Source: Takakia lepidozioides (lineage: Eukaryota; Plantae; Bryophyta). Taken from it: a DNA stretch of 64,000 bases. The stretch spans positions 40,486,001 to 40,550,000 of the forward strand of contig CM060734.1 of NCBI GenBank assembly GCA_030704615.1. The letters are read 5' to 3'. Below are positions 1-13,286 of the stretch, piece after piece. The position numbers and the translations under genes were made by a program. Each line of letters opens with the position of its first letter. Position 1 is the stretch's first letter. Under the pieces are notes generated by a model. The model did no database searches and had not been told where the DNA came from. It worked only from the letters and a program-made list of their open reading frames with translations.

Positions 1-239
1 CCATTGACTGGGGTCAGAAAAATATTCATTCCACAACTTCTCCTCGTCTGTGTTACCTGTTTCTGATACTTTCCTGTTGTCACATTGGCAGAATCATGTC
101 AAAGTCACTCCAAACTATCAAAGCTTCACTCAACCAGCTAACTTGCATAATTCAGACATGAATAATTAGGGGCGATTCTGATAAGAGGGGAAAACAAGGT
201 GAAATTGAAGAAGGTGCCTTCATTAGCAGTCATTACACT

Positions 240-450
240 CTATCCTTTACTCAGCCATATTGTTGAACACTCCCTGTCCACAAGGGTATTGTTCAGAATG
301 ACATCTGCCACAATTCCAGCTTTGATGATGCAACCATGGACCTCTTTGCCCTTCCCCAGCAAGCTCGCACATGCACTACAAACGCAAACAACTGGTTGTG
401 GCAAACTGGGAGCAATATGTGTCAGAAGAAACCACTTATACAAATCTACA
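240..450 (-). pseudogene. PLS-class pentatricopeptide repeat (PPR) gene fragment
   Basis: Translation CVCSACASLLGKGKEVHGCIIKAGIVADVILNNTLVD is a typical PPR L-motif followed by the start of an S-motif. It is near-identical to about 3190-3340. Confidence 0.75.
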
Positions 451-699
451 GCTTACAAGCTGTCTCTATCCTCAAAATTGGCAGCACATCACCCGCTGCT
501 ATGACATATATTGCCCTAGACACACATTGCCCTAATTGCCATCCCCCAAGATGCTACCCCCACCAGACTTCTCTCACTTAGGTCCTTGCAAGGCTGACTT
601 CCAGCTTTGACTCTGTGCATGGGGCCTATCGGACAACATACACCAGCAAGCCCTCCCCCTATCCTGCATCAACTCATCTCAGTCTTATCAACTGCACAA

Positions 700-2740
700 C
701 ATATGATGGGAGTGAGTGCAACATGGGAAAGAGCCACAACACATGATGAGCTGTAGGGAAGAAGCAACATCGTGCAAGTAAAGCAAATGATGAAGCAGAA
801 AGACGAGGCAACATGGGAGAAGGGAAAATGGGGTCCAAGGGCTGAGAAGGTCAACTGGTCAACAATGAGGAACTGGCTCTGGAGCACTATGTTGATGATT
901 AAAGAGAGCAGCAAATACATGTGGGGCATCGCAGCAAAGTGCATGCCAACGAGGGTCAGAATAGTGCAAGAAAGACTCCACGGATGGTGGGCAGCCAAGG
1001 GAGATGCAGTGAGACAATGCACTCATGGCAAGGGAGCTGCCAAGACAAAACTGTTGATTAGGCTACGGAGAAAAAGGAAATCACAAGATCAACTACGAGG
1101 AAAAGTAGCAATTCAAGCATGGGAGCTGCTGCTAAAACATGAGGAGGAAGACATACGAGGTGAAGCATCAAGGGAACCAGTAGGAGATGAGGAAGATGGA
1201 GCACACTTTCTTGTCAAAGGTTGGCGGCGAAGAATGCAACCCAGCAATCAGAAAGTGAGGCACCCGAGGCTGGACTGCTGCAAAGAGGTATAAAGACAGG
1301 AGCTGAGAATGAGATGTTGCCTTTCGTTGAAGTTCCCCACACAAGGGCTGTTTGGCAAGCAAAACCCCAGGCAAGGATGAGAGGTGAATCTGGGATAAAA
1401 CCAGCAGCTGGGAGTGAGGAAAGACACAAGGAAGGGCAGCAATACCTTGTCAAATCTGAGGGTGATGGCTGGAGAAAATTAAACAAGGACTGGAAGTATG
1501 GGAGCAGCAATCGCATGAAGAAAAATCTGCCTGAGAGGTTGAAGAGTGAAAGGGAGGAAGACATGCACCTCGCTTATGAAAAGTGGAAGGGCAGGGTAGA
1601 AAACCTGATGCCTGAAATTGATGGGAGCTCGTGGGAGACTCTGCCAAGAAGACTCCAATCAGCTGTTGCCAACAATCGGACCAGTGAAAGATCGCCCTTG
1701 GCTGGCGCAACACCACAAAATAAGTGCAGCCCTGATAGCATGGTGAGTGGGGCACCAACAGAGCCATAAAATGAGGGAGAAGGAGGAGACTTCCCTGCCA
1801 AGAAAGTCAATGCGGGCCTGCACTGACATGCAAGGAAAGGGACACCGTAAGTGTTGCCAACAGATGTAAATCAGTGCTCATTCATTCGAAAGCACCACGG
1901 GAGATGAAGGAAAAGACACCTGCAGGGACGTTGAAGCATAAAAGAGGAGAGCACTTCACTTGGGAAGAAAGTGAAGCATTGGAGAACGAGGCTGATGACT
2001 GGCAGTCTGAAAAGGAAAGGCAGTTGTGGGAAACCCTGCCAAGACCCAAGACAACCATATAGAGAGAATCAAGCAGGTGGGAACTGCCCTTCATTGGGGT
2101 GGTGCAAACAAGAGCAAGACCAGGAGCTGAACCACATGAGAAGATAGTATGTCATCACAGATGGAGACCCTGGAAAATGCTCTGCCCAGGAGATGAAGAA
2201 CATTAGACAACTAGAATCGTGGGGGGCTGAATATGCTCTGCAGTCAACTTGGCTTGTTGAATGCTTGCATAAGAGATGAGGGGTTGCTGTCAGTACACGG
2301 CATCGAGTTCATCAAATCCTACAACAGCCCACCATCGCTGCCCACTGCTTACAAACTGCCACAAAAACAGTTTCACAGGACTTACAGATGATTGGTGGAA
2401 GGCAAGGCCCCTCGCCATGGGCCAGATTAATTGTATGTTGTAGCCCAGAACAACGACGGGAAGTCATCTAGGGCAGCAAACCCCATCTTGGCAGCGTCTT
2501 TTGTGTGAGAGAAGTCAAGCTGAACCTGCTCATCATATCGAGTGGGATGACCAGATATAAAGCTGCCAAGCCAACCACACTCATATTCGCACTCAAGCAA
2601 CATAAGCTGGAGCCATTTTCAGATTATGAGTACCCGTGTTTTAAGAATATAAAGGACTTCTTCAACTTGCGGTGAACGGGCAGAAAACTTCACAATGTGC
2701 AGCAGATTAATGGACCAAGATGCGGAGCTGAATTGGGTAT
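700..2740 (+). mobile_element. Highly degenerate Ty3/gypsy-like relic (boundaries approximate)
   Basis: Purine-rich coding-like strand. Fragments resemble the RT-RNase H linker (LKHKRGEHFTWEESEALE, about 1930-1985) and an integrase C-terminus (EWDDQI, about 2540). No LTRs recognised. Confidence 0.3.
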
Positions 2741-3029
2741 CCAATTAGGCAATGCTGGTTTCAAAACCCCGTTCCATCCCTGCGTTTCGAAGATCTGGCT
2801 TGAATGGGCACACTCCGGCAGTGGAAGGCTCACGGAGTAATGAGTTTGGGCTGATATGCATGCTGACATGCCATGCCGGTGAAAAGAACAACGTTCTGAG
2901 TGGCGATTGTGATCTCAAAATCTGCCCCTGCATTCAAGCTGATTTCTCTCTCGAGCAGAGCCGCCTTGTGGATGTTCCAGCCAGTGTCCAAAAACAGCTC
3001 AAGTGCAAGACAACAACATCAGCAAGGCA

Positions 3030-3900
3030 TGGTTAGCTAAGCAAGGTCATGGTGGAGAGGCATTTGAACTCTCTGAACGTAATGTGGTCGGACTTCACCC
3101 CCTCCCACATCAACTGCTCATAGGTCTCCAAAACCTGCAATCCCCGCCCCTGTTGTGCATGTCCTGCGATCATCACTTTCCACGACACCACATTTCGCTC
3201 AGCCATATTGTTGAACACTCCCTATCTAGAAGGGTATTCATGTTCAGAATGACATCTACCACAATTCCAGCTTTGACGATGCAACCATGGACCTCTTTGC
3301 CCTTCTCCAACAGGCTCGCACATGCACTACAAACACAAACAAACGTAATGTGCTCGGGCTTCACCCCCTAGACCCACATCATTTGCTCATAGGTCTCCAA
3401 AACCCGCAATCCCCGCCCATGTTGTGCATGTCCTGCGATCATCACGTTCCACCACACCACATTTCGCTCAGCCATATTGTTAAACACTCCTCCACAAAGG
3501 AATGCTCCCACGTTGGCATACATGTCAACGAGGTATTGTTACATCTGGTACAGTTCCAGCTTTGACAATGTCACGATGGACCTCTTTGCCCTTTACCAAG
3601 TCTCCAGGGCTGCCAGGTTTGCACATGCATTGCAAACACAAATGAACATGACCCGGTCAGGCTGCACCTCTTCTCAACATTTGCTCATATGTCTCCAATG
3701 CCCTCATCCCGCACACATGCTGGCCATATCTTGCGAGATTCAGCGTGTTCCTTGAGACAACATCTTGTTCAGCCATGTTATCAAACTCTCCATTCGCAAC
3801 TTCATAGGTCTCCAAAGCCTCCATCCCACGTCCCTGTTGTGCATACCCTGCAAGCATTGCACTCCACGACACTACATCTCGGCAAAACAGGCTGAAATAG
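3030..3900 (-). pseudogene. PLS-class PPR pseudogene (several frameshifted P/L/S repeats)
   Basis: Repeated motifs RDVVSWSAMLAGYAQQGRGMEALETY, FNNMAERNVVSWKVMIAGHAQQGRG, VKPEHITFVCVCSACASL and LVDMYAN, in shifting frames with deletions. Confidence 0.8.
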
Positions 3901-5559
3901 CTCGAAGAAGAAGGTGCCCTCACCACATTGTCCTCTACCTTGTGTCATGACCCATTGCGGATTAGACTGACCATGAACCCAAGAAGACCTCTTGTGCGTG
4001 CTGCTTGTATCTCTAGTCAGGTAATGTGGGATTGGTTCGTAAGAACCACCACGGTGCAACTGAGCAGGCAGAGATTAAAATATGGGTTGCTAAGACCAAG
4101 CTGATTCCCCCAAGAACCTTGTGATCATCAGGAAGAATACCAAATCATGGTACAAAGGGGAGCCAAGAGCCCACATTTGCACATAATGCGCCCTTGACGC
4201 CATAAACGCTTGCAACAACAGGAGATGGGCCTCGATTTGGTCTTCGTCCTTCTCGCATTACTTGTTCGTCTCTCTCTCAAGCCTCCATCCCTCTCCCAAC
4301 ACTTAGACAAATTCAGGCAAAGGACAAAGTTACTCTTCCACCTTTAGATCATTTTACATCCGACGATTAGAACAATCTCTACGAGCCACACAAGCCCTAA
4401 AATACATTAAAATATTCCACGTCATGAGCCATGTGGAGCACTTATAAAAATTCCATTTTTGAATAGGGTGTGCAATGAATGCCTAGTTGTTAAGAGTCGT
4501 TCTCTAGTGCTTAAAACCACTTGTAATTGTTGTTTTTTAAAAAAAAACAATTTACATAATTGAATTAAATCGCCGCGAATATTGTGCCGACTGCGGAGTC
4601 ATTGATGCAACTTCTATCCGCCATTAGAAATGTGAATTTATCCGTTACGACTGTGCAGTAGTAACAAACATCTCAAAGTTGTTCCCTCAGTGGTTTTGGA
4701 CATGCAGTCGATTCGGAAAAGACACGAATGCTTCTAGTGTCTCCAGATTGCTAGACCAGCGCACGGAGGACATAAACCACCAACGTGACCTGTAGAGAAC
4801 AAGAGATCATCTCAGAGGGATTAAACCCCTTTCCTCTCAATCATCTTCCTCAAGTGGCTCCACAGGGGTGCAGCCATTGGCCAGAGAAGAGGTGGCCCCA
4901 CCCCAAAAGGAGACTTACGGCCAAGTAAGTCAAGACAGGAGCTTGCATGCACAGTCTACACGGAGTACAACCAATCTGCTCCCTTCCATCCAAGAAGTAC
5001 AAGCTGCAATCAGTTCTTTCTGCATCCCTACGGCAACCCCAGACCCGGGCTCTCCTCCGATTGCCACACAAGAGACAGGTTCTCCTCTCCCTAAGGTACT
5101 TCCCCAGACCTTGCGATTCTTTTTGTTCCAAGCTGACTCCAAGGATAGGAAGAGATATTGGGTTCTATGTATTCGCCCTCCTGCCTCTGCAAGGCAATCT
5201 GCCAGGAAAACACTCCTGGCTATAAGTCTGCTTGCAGGACATCCCCTGCTGACCTCCCTCTCCTCTCCGAGCTCAATGACTCTCTCATCCTTAGCACTTG
5301 TAACTCATCATTTTTCAAAAAACTACCTCCAAACCCCTCTCTTCTTGGCACCCCCCCTCATCCAAATCAAATTATCTCTGCTTCCCAGTCGATCAACACC
5401 CAGCTTATCATGGTTCAAATCCCGAGTAGACCCCAATCCCCTCCCAGTCCCTACTTCTAGGTTAACAGTCTCCTCCCTTACGATAAGCGGGTAAAATTTA
5501 ACTATCTCAGTCCAGGGCCATCAATGAGATAGACCATCTCAGCCTTGCCTTCCACCCCC

Positions 5560-6308
5560 ATGTTGATTGACATTGCCTCCTGGAACATCAGAGGGCTTGG
5601 GGCAGATAGTGCCTCCTCAAAGCATGCAAGTGTGAAGAACTTTCTATCCCCCTATCTTCGCAAGGATGCAATTCTCTTCCTGCAAGAGCATAAGCTGGAT
5701 CAAGGGAAAATCGCTTCTCTCTCAAACAATCTCTGGCCCCATGCTAACTCCCTCTGGAAACCAACTTCCGCTGGTTCCACCGCCATTCTCATCTCCCCAT
5801 CCCTCTTTCAATATATGGTCTCGGATAGCTTATGGGTTCCAGGTAGAATACAGTTCTATGCCATAGACCTCCCGGCCAAAGGGGGCAGGCTAGGACTAAT
5901 TAATATTTATGCTCCAAACTCCCTGGCGGAGAGGGCACAAGTCTGGGAATCCATAAATGCCAACATGGAATTGGAGCAAGAAATATATTTCTGGATATTG
6001 GCAGTGGACTTCAATATGGTCGAGTCTCCGGCTGACAGACGTGGGCTTGACCACTTTAACCCTGACGCAGCAGAGACACAACATTGGCATTCCCTCACCC
6101 TCAATCACAATATGGTGGAAATTGAAAATACAAATCAGGGGCTTGTGCCCCCCTCTGGCCCAGTCTTCACATGGTCAAACAACAGGAACCTCTAGGACCT
6201 CCAGATGGCTAGGTTAGACAGATTTTACGCATCCTTGGACTGTATCCAGTGGACCCAAAGACTCCCCCAACAGCCCATCCAACCGGGATTTGATCATGCA
6301 ATCATCTA
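5560..6308 (+). pseudogene. LINE ORF2 apurinic-like endonuclease domain (in-frame stop at 6193-6195)
   Basis: ORFs 5545-6195 and 6205-6308 carry all APE-family motifs in order. Confidence 0.85.
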
Positions 6309-7035
6309 TGTCGCGGCCCTTTGCCTTGAGGGCAGGGGGTCGGGACACATGAGGGGCTGCCCCTGTGGTGGGGGCAGCGGCAGCGGCAGCGATAGGTATA
6401 GGGGGGCTGAAGCACCCTTGAGTGCCCAAGGCACTCAGGGAAGCGGAGGCGCTCACTAGGTGGAGCCCCGCACACCGGGTTGCGGTGGGGGTGGCTCCAC
6501 AAGGGGTGGTGGTAGCTTAGTGGGACTTAGTGGGGGTGGCATAGGACTCACCATGGGGCGGAGACCTCGTGGTGGGAGTCGTGGGGAGTCTTGGGACTCA
6601 TCACGGTCCATAGGGGCCGTGGTGAGCGGGCCAAGACTCACCGCGACTCACCACCGGGAATCGAGGGTCTTCGTGGTGGTTCGCAAATGGCATGGCTGGT
6701 TGTGAAACCCCCGCGGACAGCTACAGAAGTATATATAGGGAGTAGTAACCCCGAGAACGGTGCAAGCCCGTTGGTGACCAAAAACTAGTGAGTAAGCGAG
6801 CGAGCCGGAAAGCGACCAAAGAGTGGGGAGCTGTTCCGGACTGCCATCTACCAAAGGGAATTCCACTAGGCCCAAATAGGTGGAGGGTCTTTCGGGAGAG
6901 CGAAGGGGGACCGTTATGTCCCGGTGAGCAGCCGAAGCTCCAAGTTGGCCCGGCGGCCGGTTGGGAGTCAGGCGCGCGCATCAAAACGAGTAACTATGAC
7001 TTGAGGGGGAGCTTACCGAAGTGAGGTGCGCGACA
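6309..7035 (+). repeat. 5' LTR of chromovirus
   Basis: TGTCGCGG...CGCGACA; direct repeat of 12560-13286 with about 7 substitutions and 4 small indels counted by eye. Confidence 0.95.
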
Positions 7036-7037
7036 CT

Positions 7038-7049
7038 TGGTATCAGAGC
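7038..7049 (+). promoter_or_regulatory. Primer binding site (tRNA-iMet)
   Basis: TGGTATCAGAGC, 2 nt after the 5' LTR. Confidence 0.95.
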
Positions 7050-7090
7050 TTAGAGTTCAGTACGCGATCGTCCTTGGGATTGGCCTCATC

Positions 7091-10000
7091 ATGGGGTCGG
7101 GCAAGCCGAAGCGAAAGCGGAACGGCCCAAAAGATGATGATCCCGGTGAGCCCGATGGGGGCGGCGTGTCACCGAGGCGGCCGTTTGAGGAAGCGATGCA
7201 TGTTTCCGAAAACGAGGCCGCCCAAGAGCGGAAGGAATCCGAGGAGTCGGAGCCCGAGGAATCCTTGAGAGCTCCGACAAACCAAGAGATGCCTCCCATG
7301 CCGGCAGCCTTTTGGGAAGGGTTGTTGGCGCAGTTTGGCGGGAAGTTGAAAGACGTGTTGAAGGCGGCTAATGCCACTTCCGCTAAGACAAAGTTTAAGG
7401 TGAAGCCTAAGGAACCAGGCACCTTCGAGGGCGTCCGGAATCGGAAGGCACTCAACACCTGGCTCTTGGAGCTAGAGCAGTACTTCCGGGCGGCCAAGTT
7501 GAGTGATGAGGATTGGGTGGAAGTGGCTCCCACCTATTTGAGGGGCTATACTCAACAATGGTGGCAGAAACGCCTTCACGACCGAGGTCCAAGCCCGGAA
7601 ACCTTGAACTGGAGTGGGTTCAAGGAATTGATGAAGAGACAGTTTGTGCCCCTCAACGCGTCCTGGCTCGCCCGGGACAAGATGAGGAATTTGAAGCAAA
7701 CAGATGACATTCGGGGATATGTCCAGGCTTTCAATGTGCTGTTGCTCGAAGTCGCGGACATGGCAGAACCAGAAATGGTCTTCAACTTTGTGGCGGGACT
7801 GGCCCCATGGGCCAGGCGGAAGTTGGAGGAGAAGCCACCCAAGACTTTGAACGAGGCTATTGAGAGGGCTGAATGTTTCTCAGATGTCCCTAGGGGTGAA
7901 AGACAAGGCCGTACGAAGCTGAACCATAAGAAGATTCGGCGGGAAGGTGACTCCTCCCGACCGGAAAAGAAGTGGGATAGGCCACGCGGCGAAAATGGCA
8001 CGTGGAAATCGAAGGAAGGGCCTTCACACGTCAAGGCGGCACCCGGTGCTTCGAAAGGAAAAGCGGGTGGAGCGGCTTATGGCGGACAGAAGGCGACCTT
8101 TGATGAAGTGTGTTTCAATTGCGGGGAGCCCGGGCACATGGCCAAGAAGTGCACGAAGCCCCGACAATTGAACATGACTCGGGCGACCACGGAGCTGTCG
8201 GAAGATACCATCAGTCGCTTGGTGGAAGCGGTGGTCGCCAGGACTTGCAAGGTAGGCAAATTTTCTTGTGAGTTGTATCAGGAAACTGACGCCTTACGAA
8301 AAGGGAGTCAGTTATTGTTCGTGGATGGGATAATATCCGGAACTAATGTGTCGTTGTTAGTGGACACAGGAGCGTCGCACTCCTTCATGACACCGGCAAC
8401 GGCACAAAAGCTGGGACTCCCGACAAGTGACGTGGGGGCCTCTATTGAGGTGCGTTCTGCCAAATGAGAACCACAGTTGGCGACAAGGTTGGCGATTGAT
8501 GTTCCTCTTCAACTGGGGAGTTGGGAGGGACGTGAGAACTTCACCATCTGCGAGATCGATGGAGTGGATCTCATTTTGGGGATGACCTTTTTGAGCAAAT
8601 CCGGAGCGGTCATAGATGGCCGCAAGAGAGTAGTCACGCTGCAATGTGGGAATGGTGGCGAGGTTTTACGAGTGTCAGAAACGCCCAAATCCGTGGGAGG
8701 GTGAATAAACCTTCTGTCAGCAAAGGAGTGGGCCGTGGAGGAGGCACACGAGCCCCAGTTTTTGCTTTACATTAGAGAAGTGAAAGGAGAAGGCGATGGG
8801 GAGCCGAGCCCAGATTGGATCAAGGGGACTTTGGAGAAATACCAGGATGTGATGCCGGAGGATTTACCAAGCGGCTTGCCACCGCGAAGAGGAGTTGACC
8901 ACAAGATTGAGGTGATACCGGGATCGGAACCGCCTGCCAAGGCGCCCTACCGGTTGAGCCACAGAGAGTTGGTAGAGCTGAAGACTCAGCTCAAGGATCT
9001 AATGTCAAAGGGGTACATCCGGCCGAGTAAGTCACCTTACGGAGCCCCGGTGCTATTTGCAGACAAGAAGGATGGGACGCTGCGGATGTGTGTCGATTAC
9101 AAGGCTCTGAATAAGGTGACTATCAAAAACCGGTACCCTTTGCCAAGGATCGACGACCTCTTCGATCGGTTGGCAGGAGCGAAGTATTTCAGCCGGATCG
9201 ACTTGCGCTCCGGCTATCACCAAATTCGGGTGGCGGAAGGAGATGAGGAGAAGACCGCGTGCAGGACAAGGTATGGTTCATATGAGTTCTTGGTGATGCC
9301 TTTTGGGCTCACCAATGCACCAGCGACATTTAGCACGCTGATGAACAGCCTTTTCCAGGAGTGGTTGGATGACTTTGTGATCGTGTACATCGACGACATC
9401 TTGGTGTACTCGAAAACAAAGGAGGAGCACCTGGAGCACCTCAAAAGGGTGTTCTAAAAATTGCGGGAAGGGAAGCTGTATGCCAAAGCTTCAAAGTACG
9501 AATTCGGGGTCACAAAAGTGGAGTTCCTGGGGCATGTGATTACACAGGATGGGATCAAAATGGATGACAGAAAGGTGAGGGCGATCTTGGACTGGGAGCC
9601 TCCGACTTCGGTCCCGGGAGTGCGATCCTTCCTAGGACTCGCCTCCTATTACCGGAAGTATATGAGAAATTTTGCCAAGATCGCGGGGCCGCTGTCGGAC
9701 CTTCTATGTAAATCCAAAGTCTGGGTATGGAACACATTTTGTGGCCAAGCTTTTGCTGAATTGAAGCAGCGGATGACGGAAGCTCCAGTCTTGAAAATCC
9801 CGGAGTTCGATCGTCCGTTTGAGATTCATACAGATGCATTGGACTTCGCGATTGGGGGTGTACTTATGCAAGATGGACGTCCAGTGGCTTACGAAAGTAA
9901 GAAACTGAATGAAGTGGAGCGACGGTGGCCGACGCACGAAAAAGAGATGAAGGCGGTGGTGCATTGCCTTGAGCTCTGGCGCCACTATGTTGGTTCCAAC

Positions 10001-11652
10001 CCAGTGAAGGTGTTCACGGACAATGTCACGGTGAAGTATTTTGCCACGCAGCCCAAGTTGTCCCCAAAACAACTTAGGTGGCAAGATACTTTGGCAGTGT
10101 TCGACGTGGATATCCAGTACAAACCGGGATGGGACAATGTGGTGGCCGATGCTTTAAGTAGAAAGCAGCAGCTCTTGTTGGTGTACAAGGGCGAGACGGC
10201 GCTCCAAAGGAAGATCCGGAAGGCTTGCCGGAAAGATGAGCTGGCAAAGTGCGTGATACAGGACTTGAGAATGGGGGTTAAATCGCAGTTCCACTTGCAA
10301 AATGGACTGCTCCGGTATAAGCAAAAACATCTCTACGTGTCGAAGGGAGGGATCAGAGATAGCCTCTTGAGAGAATGCCATGATAGCCCGCTTGCGGGCC
10401 ACGGCGGAGCCAAGCGCACTGCGGCACTCTTGAAGAAAAAGTATTTCTGGCCCAAACTGAGGGAGGAGGCAGAGGAGTATGTCAAGACATGCACCACATG
10501 CCAACAAAACCGGAGCGAGTACAAAAGCAAGCGGGGCTGTTACAACCCTTGCCGATTCCAGAGGGGACTTGGGAAAGCGTCTCGATGGATTTCATGACTA
10601 CTATGCCGCTGTCAAAAGGATTCGATGCAATCATGGTGGTGGTGGATAGGTTCAGTAAAATGGGCCATTTCATCCCCACCAAGGAGACGGCAACGGCGCA
10701 GGAGACAAGGCGACTTTACTTCGCCCACGTCTTAAAGCATCATGGAGTCCCGAAGGATATTGTCTCGGATCGCGATCCAAAGTTTACGAGTAAATTTTGG
10801 AGGACACTTTGGAAGAAGATGGGGACGAGGCTGAAGATGAGCACCGCCTTCCGACCTACGACGGGCGGCCAAACGGAAAGAGTGAATTCCGTAGTGAAGC
10901 AATTCTTGCGGAATTACGTGTCGGCAGACCAATCAGACTGGATGGAACACTTAGACGCGGCAGAGTTCTGTTATAATAACACAGAACACTCCGCAACGGG
11001 AGTTTCCCCTTTCGTATTGGTCTATGGAAAAGCACCTCTGGTGCCGACAAGTTGGGCCGCCCAGGACGTTGAGGAACCGGCAGTAGCGGCGGTACTGGAA
11101 GAACGCGAGCGTTTGTTGAAGCTCGCAAAGTACAACATTGCCAAAGCTAGGAAACGGTATGAAAGGCAGACGAATCGGAAGCGGAGGGAAGTGAAGTTTG
11201 AGGCAGGCACAGAGGTCTGGTTGAACATCAAGAATTTCCGACTACCTCCGGAAGTGAGTCCGAAGTTCGTACCTCCGTATGCGGGTCCCTTTCGCATTCG
11301 GAAGGTTATGAATGAGGATGTGTATGAATTGGAGCTGCCGGCAAACAGCAAGGTGCACCCAGTATTCCATGTCTCCCTTTTGAAGCCTTACTTCAAAGAT
11401 GAAGCACGTCCGAATCGGCATCAAGTGTTGCGTCCGCCACCTATGTTGTTGGATCATGAAAATGAACCTGAGTACGAGGTGGAGGCAATACTTAAGTCGA
11501 GGAGGTTCAAGAACCAAGAAACGGAGTATCTCGTCAAATGGAAGGGCTATCATCATGTGGAGGCATCTTGGGTGCGTGCCTCAGAAATGGAAAACGCATC
11601 CGAGGCAGTTGCAGCGTTCGAAGGGCGACCTCAAAAGCGGAAGAAACGTTGA
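7091..11652 (+). pseudogene. gag-pol polyprotein with C-terminal chromodomain (3 in-frame stops, 1 frameshift)
   Basis: Zinc knuckle CFNCGEPGHMAKKC, protease [17 protein letters not shown], RNase H, HHCC and DDE integrase, GPF motif, chromodomain YEVEAIL...YLVKWKGY...SWV. Stops at 8465, 8702 and 9455 in one frame; frameshift near 10520. Confidence 0.92.
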
Positions 11653-12547
11653 TGGGGACATCAACCTTGGAGCGTGGGGGAGGAAATGCATGCTTAGCCC
11701 GGTTTAGCTAGCTCAGGAATCCGATTGCAAAAATTTGTATTGTACAAAAATTTGTTATAAAGGAAATGGGTTCCAAATATTGTGCGTCCTATTGTATTTG
11801 GAATGGTGATGCATGGTGTGGTTGGCTAGTGTGTAGAATGCATGCTAGCTTACAAAAGTGGGAGAGGTAAATAGGGTTAATCGTGTGTTTGCGCAGTGCC
11901 GAAATCGGGTGACTCCCATCCAAGGGGCAAGGAAACTTGCGCCTTCTCTGGGAGTTCACGTGCTAGTGCGCACCTGCCGCGTGCGCGTACTATAACTGCG
12001 CTACCGAGGGGGTTGCCTTGTAGTGCGGGCTAACGCGGAAGCTACGTGCTTCTGTTCACGTACTATAATCGTGTAGCCTCGGGACGAAGTCGTAGTGCAG
12101 CTTCGGCGCGTTCCCGTACCTCAGGCCAGCATTCCAAGGCGGACCCAATTGTAGTGATTGGGGCGCACGGTTGGTTCAAGGTTATCGTCCTAGTCAAAGA
12201 GGGTTCCAGGTGAACCCTTGCTCAAGGTGATGCCAAAAGCGGCATCATGAGCGATCGCAAGCAAATGTTGTTGCAGTAAGGCGATTCGATCCTCGGGGAG
12301 GATCGTTCCTTGGCCTTGAAGTAGGCCAAGAAGAGTGCACTGGGAGGAGCTGGAGAGGCTCCACCCTTGGCTAGGACTTGGAGGAAGTCGGCCGAACTAG
12401 CTAGTGGAGAGTAGAGTCAAGTGTGGGGTTTGGTTCTTTGCCATGGGACGCCATGGTACAGAAACAAACTCCTTGATGTGGGACGCCGCAACTTGGATGT
12501 TCGTTTCTACAAAATGGACAAGTCGATGAGGACATCGACTCCCTGTT

Positions 12548-12559
12548 GGTAGGGGTGTG
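12548..12559 (+). promoter_or_regulatory. Polypurine tract of chromovirus
   Basis: GGTAGGGGTGTG immediately before the 3' LTR TG. Confidence 0.7.
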
Positions 12560-13286
12560 TGTCGCGGCCCTTTGCCTTGAGGGTAGGGGGTCGGGACACA
12601 TGAGGGGCTGCCCCTGTGGTGGGGGCAGCGGCAGCGATAGGTATAGGGGGGCTGAAGCACCCTTGAGTGCCCAAGGCACTCAGGGAAGCGGAGGCGCTCA
12701 CTAGGTGGAGCCCCGCACACCGGGTTGCGGTGGGGGTGGCTCCACAAGGGGTGGTGGTAGCTTAGTGGGACTTAGTGGGGGTGGCATAGGACTCACCATG
12801 GGGGCGGAGACCTCGTGGTGGGAGTCGTGGGGAGTCTTGGGACTCATCACGGTCCATAGGGGCCGTGGTGAGCGGGCCAAGACTCACCGCGACTCACCAC
12901 CGGGAATCGAGGGTCTTCGTGGTGGTTCGCCATAAAATGGCATGGCTGGTTGTGAAACCCCCGCGGATAGCTATAGAAGTATATATAGGGAGTAGTAACC
13001 CCGAGAACGGTGCAAGCCCATTGGTGACCAAAAACTAGTGAGTAAGCGAGCGAGCCGGAAAGCGACCAAAGAGTGGGGAGCTGTTCCGGACTGCCATCTA
13101 CCAAAAGGGAATTCCACTAGGCCCAAATAGGTGGAGGGTCTTTCGGGAGAGCGAAGGGGGACGGTTATGTCCCGGTGAGCAGCCAAAGCTCCAAGTTGGC
13201 CCGGCGGCCGGTTGGGAGTCAGGCGCGCGCATCAAAGCGAGTAACTATGACTTGAGGGGGAGCTTACCGAAGTGAGGTGCGCGACA
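12560..13286 (+). repeat. 3' LTR of chromovirus
   Basis: Direct repeat of 6309-7035. Confidence 0.95.

Larger units (their letters stand above)
6309..13286 (+). mobile_element. Full-length Ty3/gypsy chromovirus, Galadriel-like
   Basis: TG...CA LTRs of 727 bp, a tRNA-iMet PBS, and gag-PR-RT-RH-INT-chromodomain order. RT/RH motifs [21 protein letters not shown] and RRWPTHEKEMKAVVHCL resemble the Galadriel lineage. Confidence 0.92.

Noticed and set aside
6205-7024. Gly/Pro-rich short ORFs in the LTRs and many antisense ORFs across the TEs
   Set aside because: By-products of GC-rich LTRs, tandem repeats or the opposite strand of real coding regions.
8465-8467. Programmed gag/pol read-through stop
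   Set aside because: The stop falls inside the protease domain and two more in-frame stops follow, so it is better explained as mutation.
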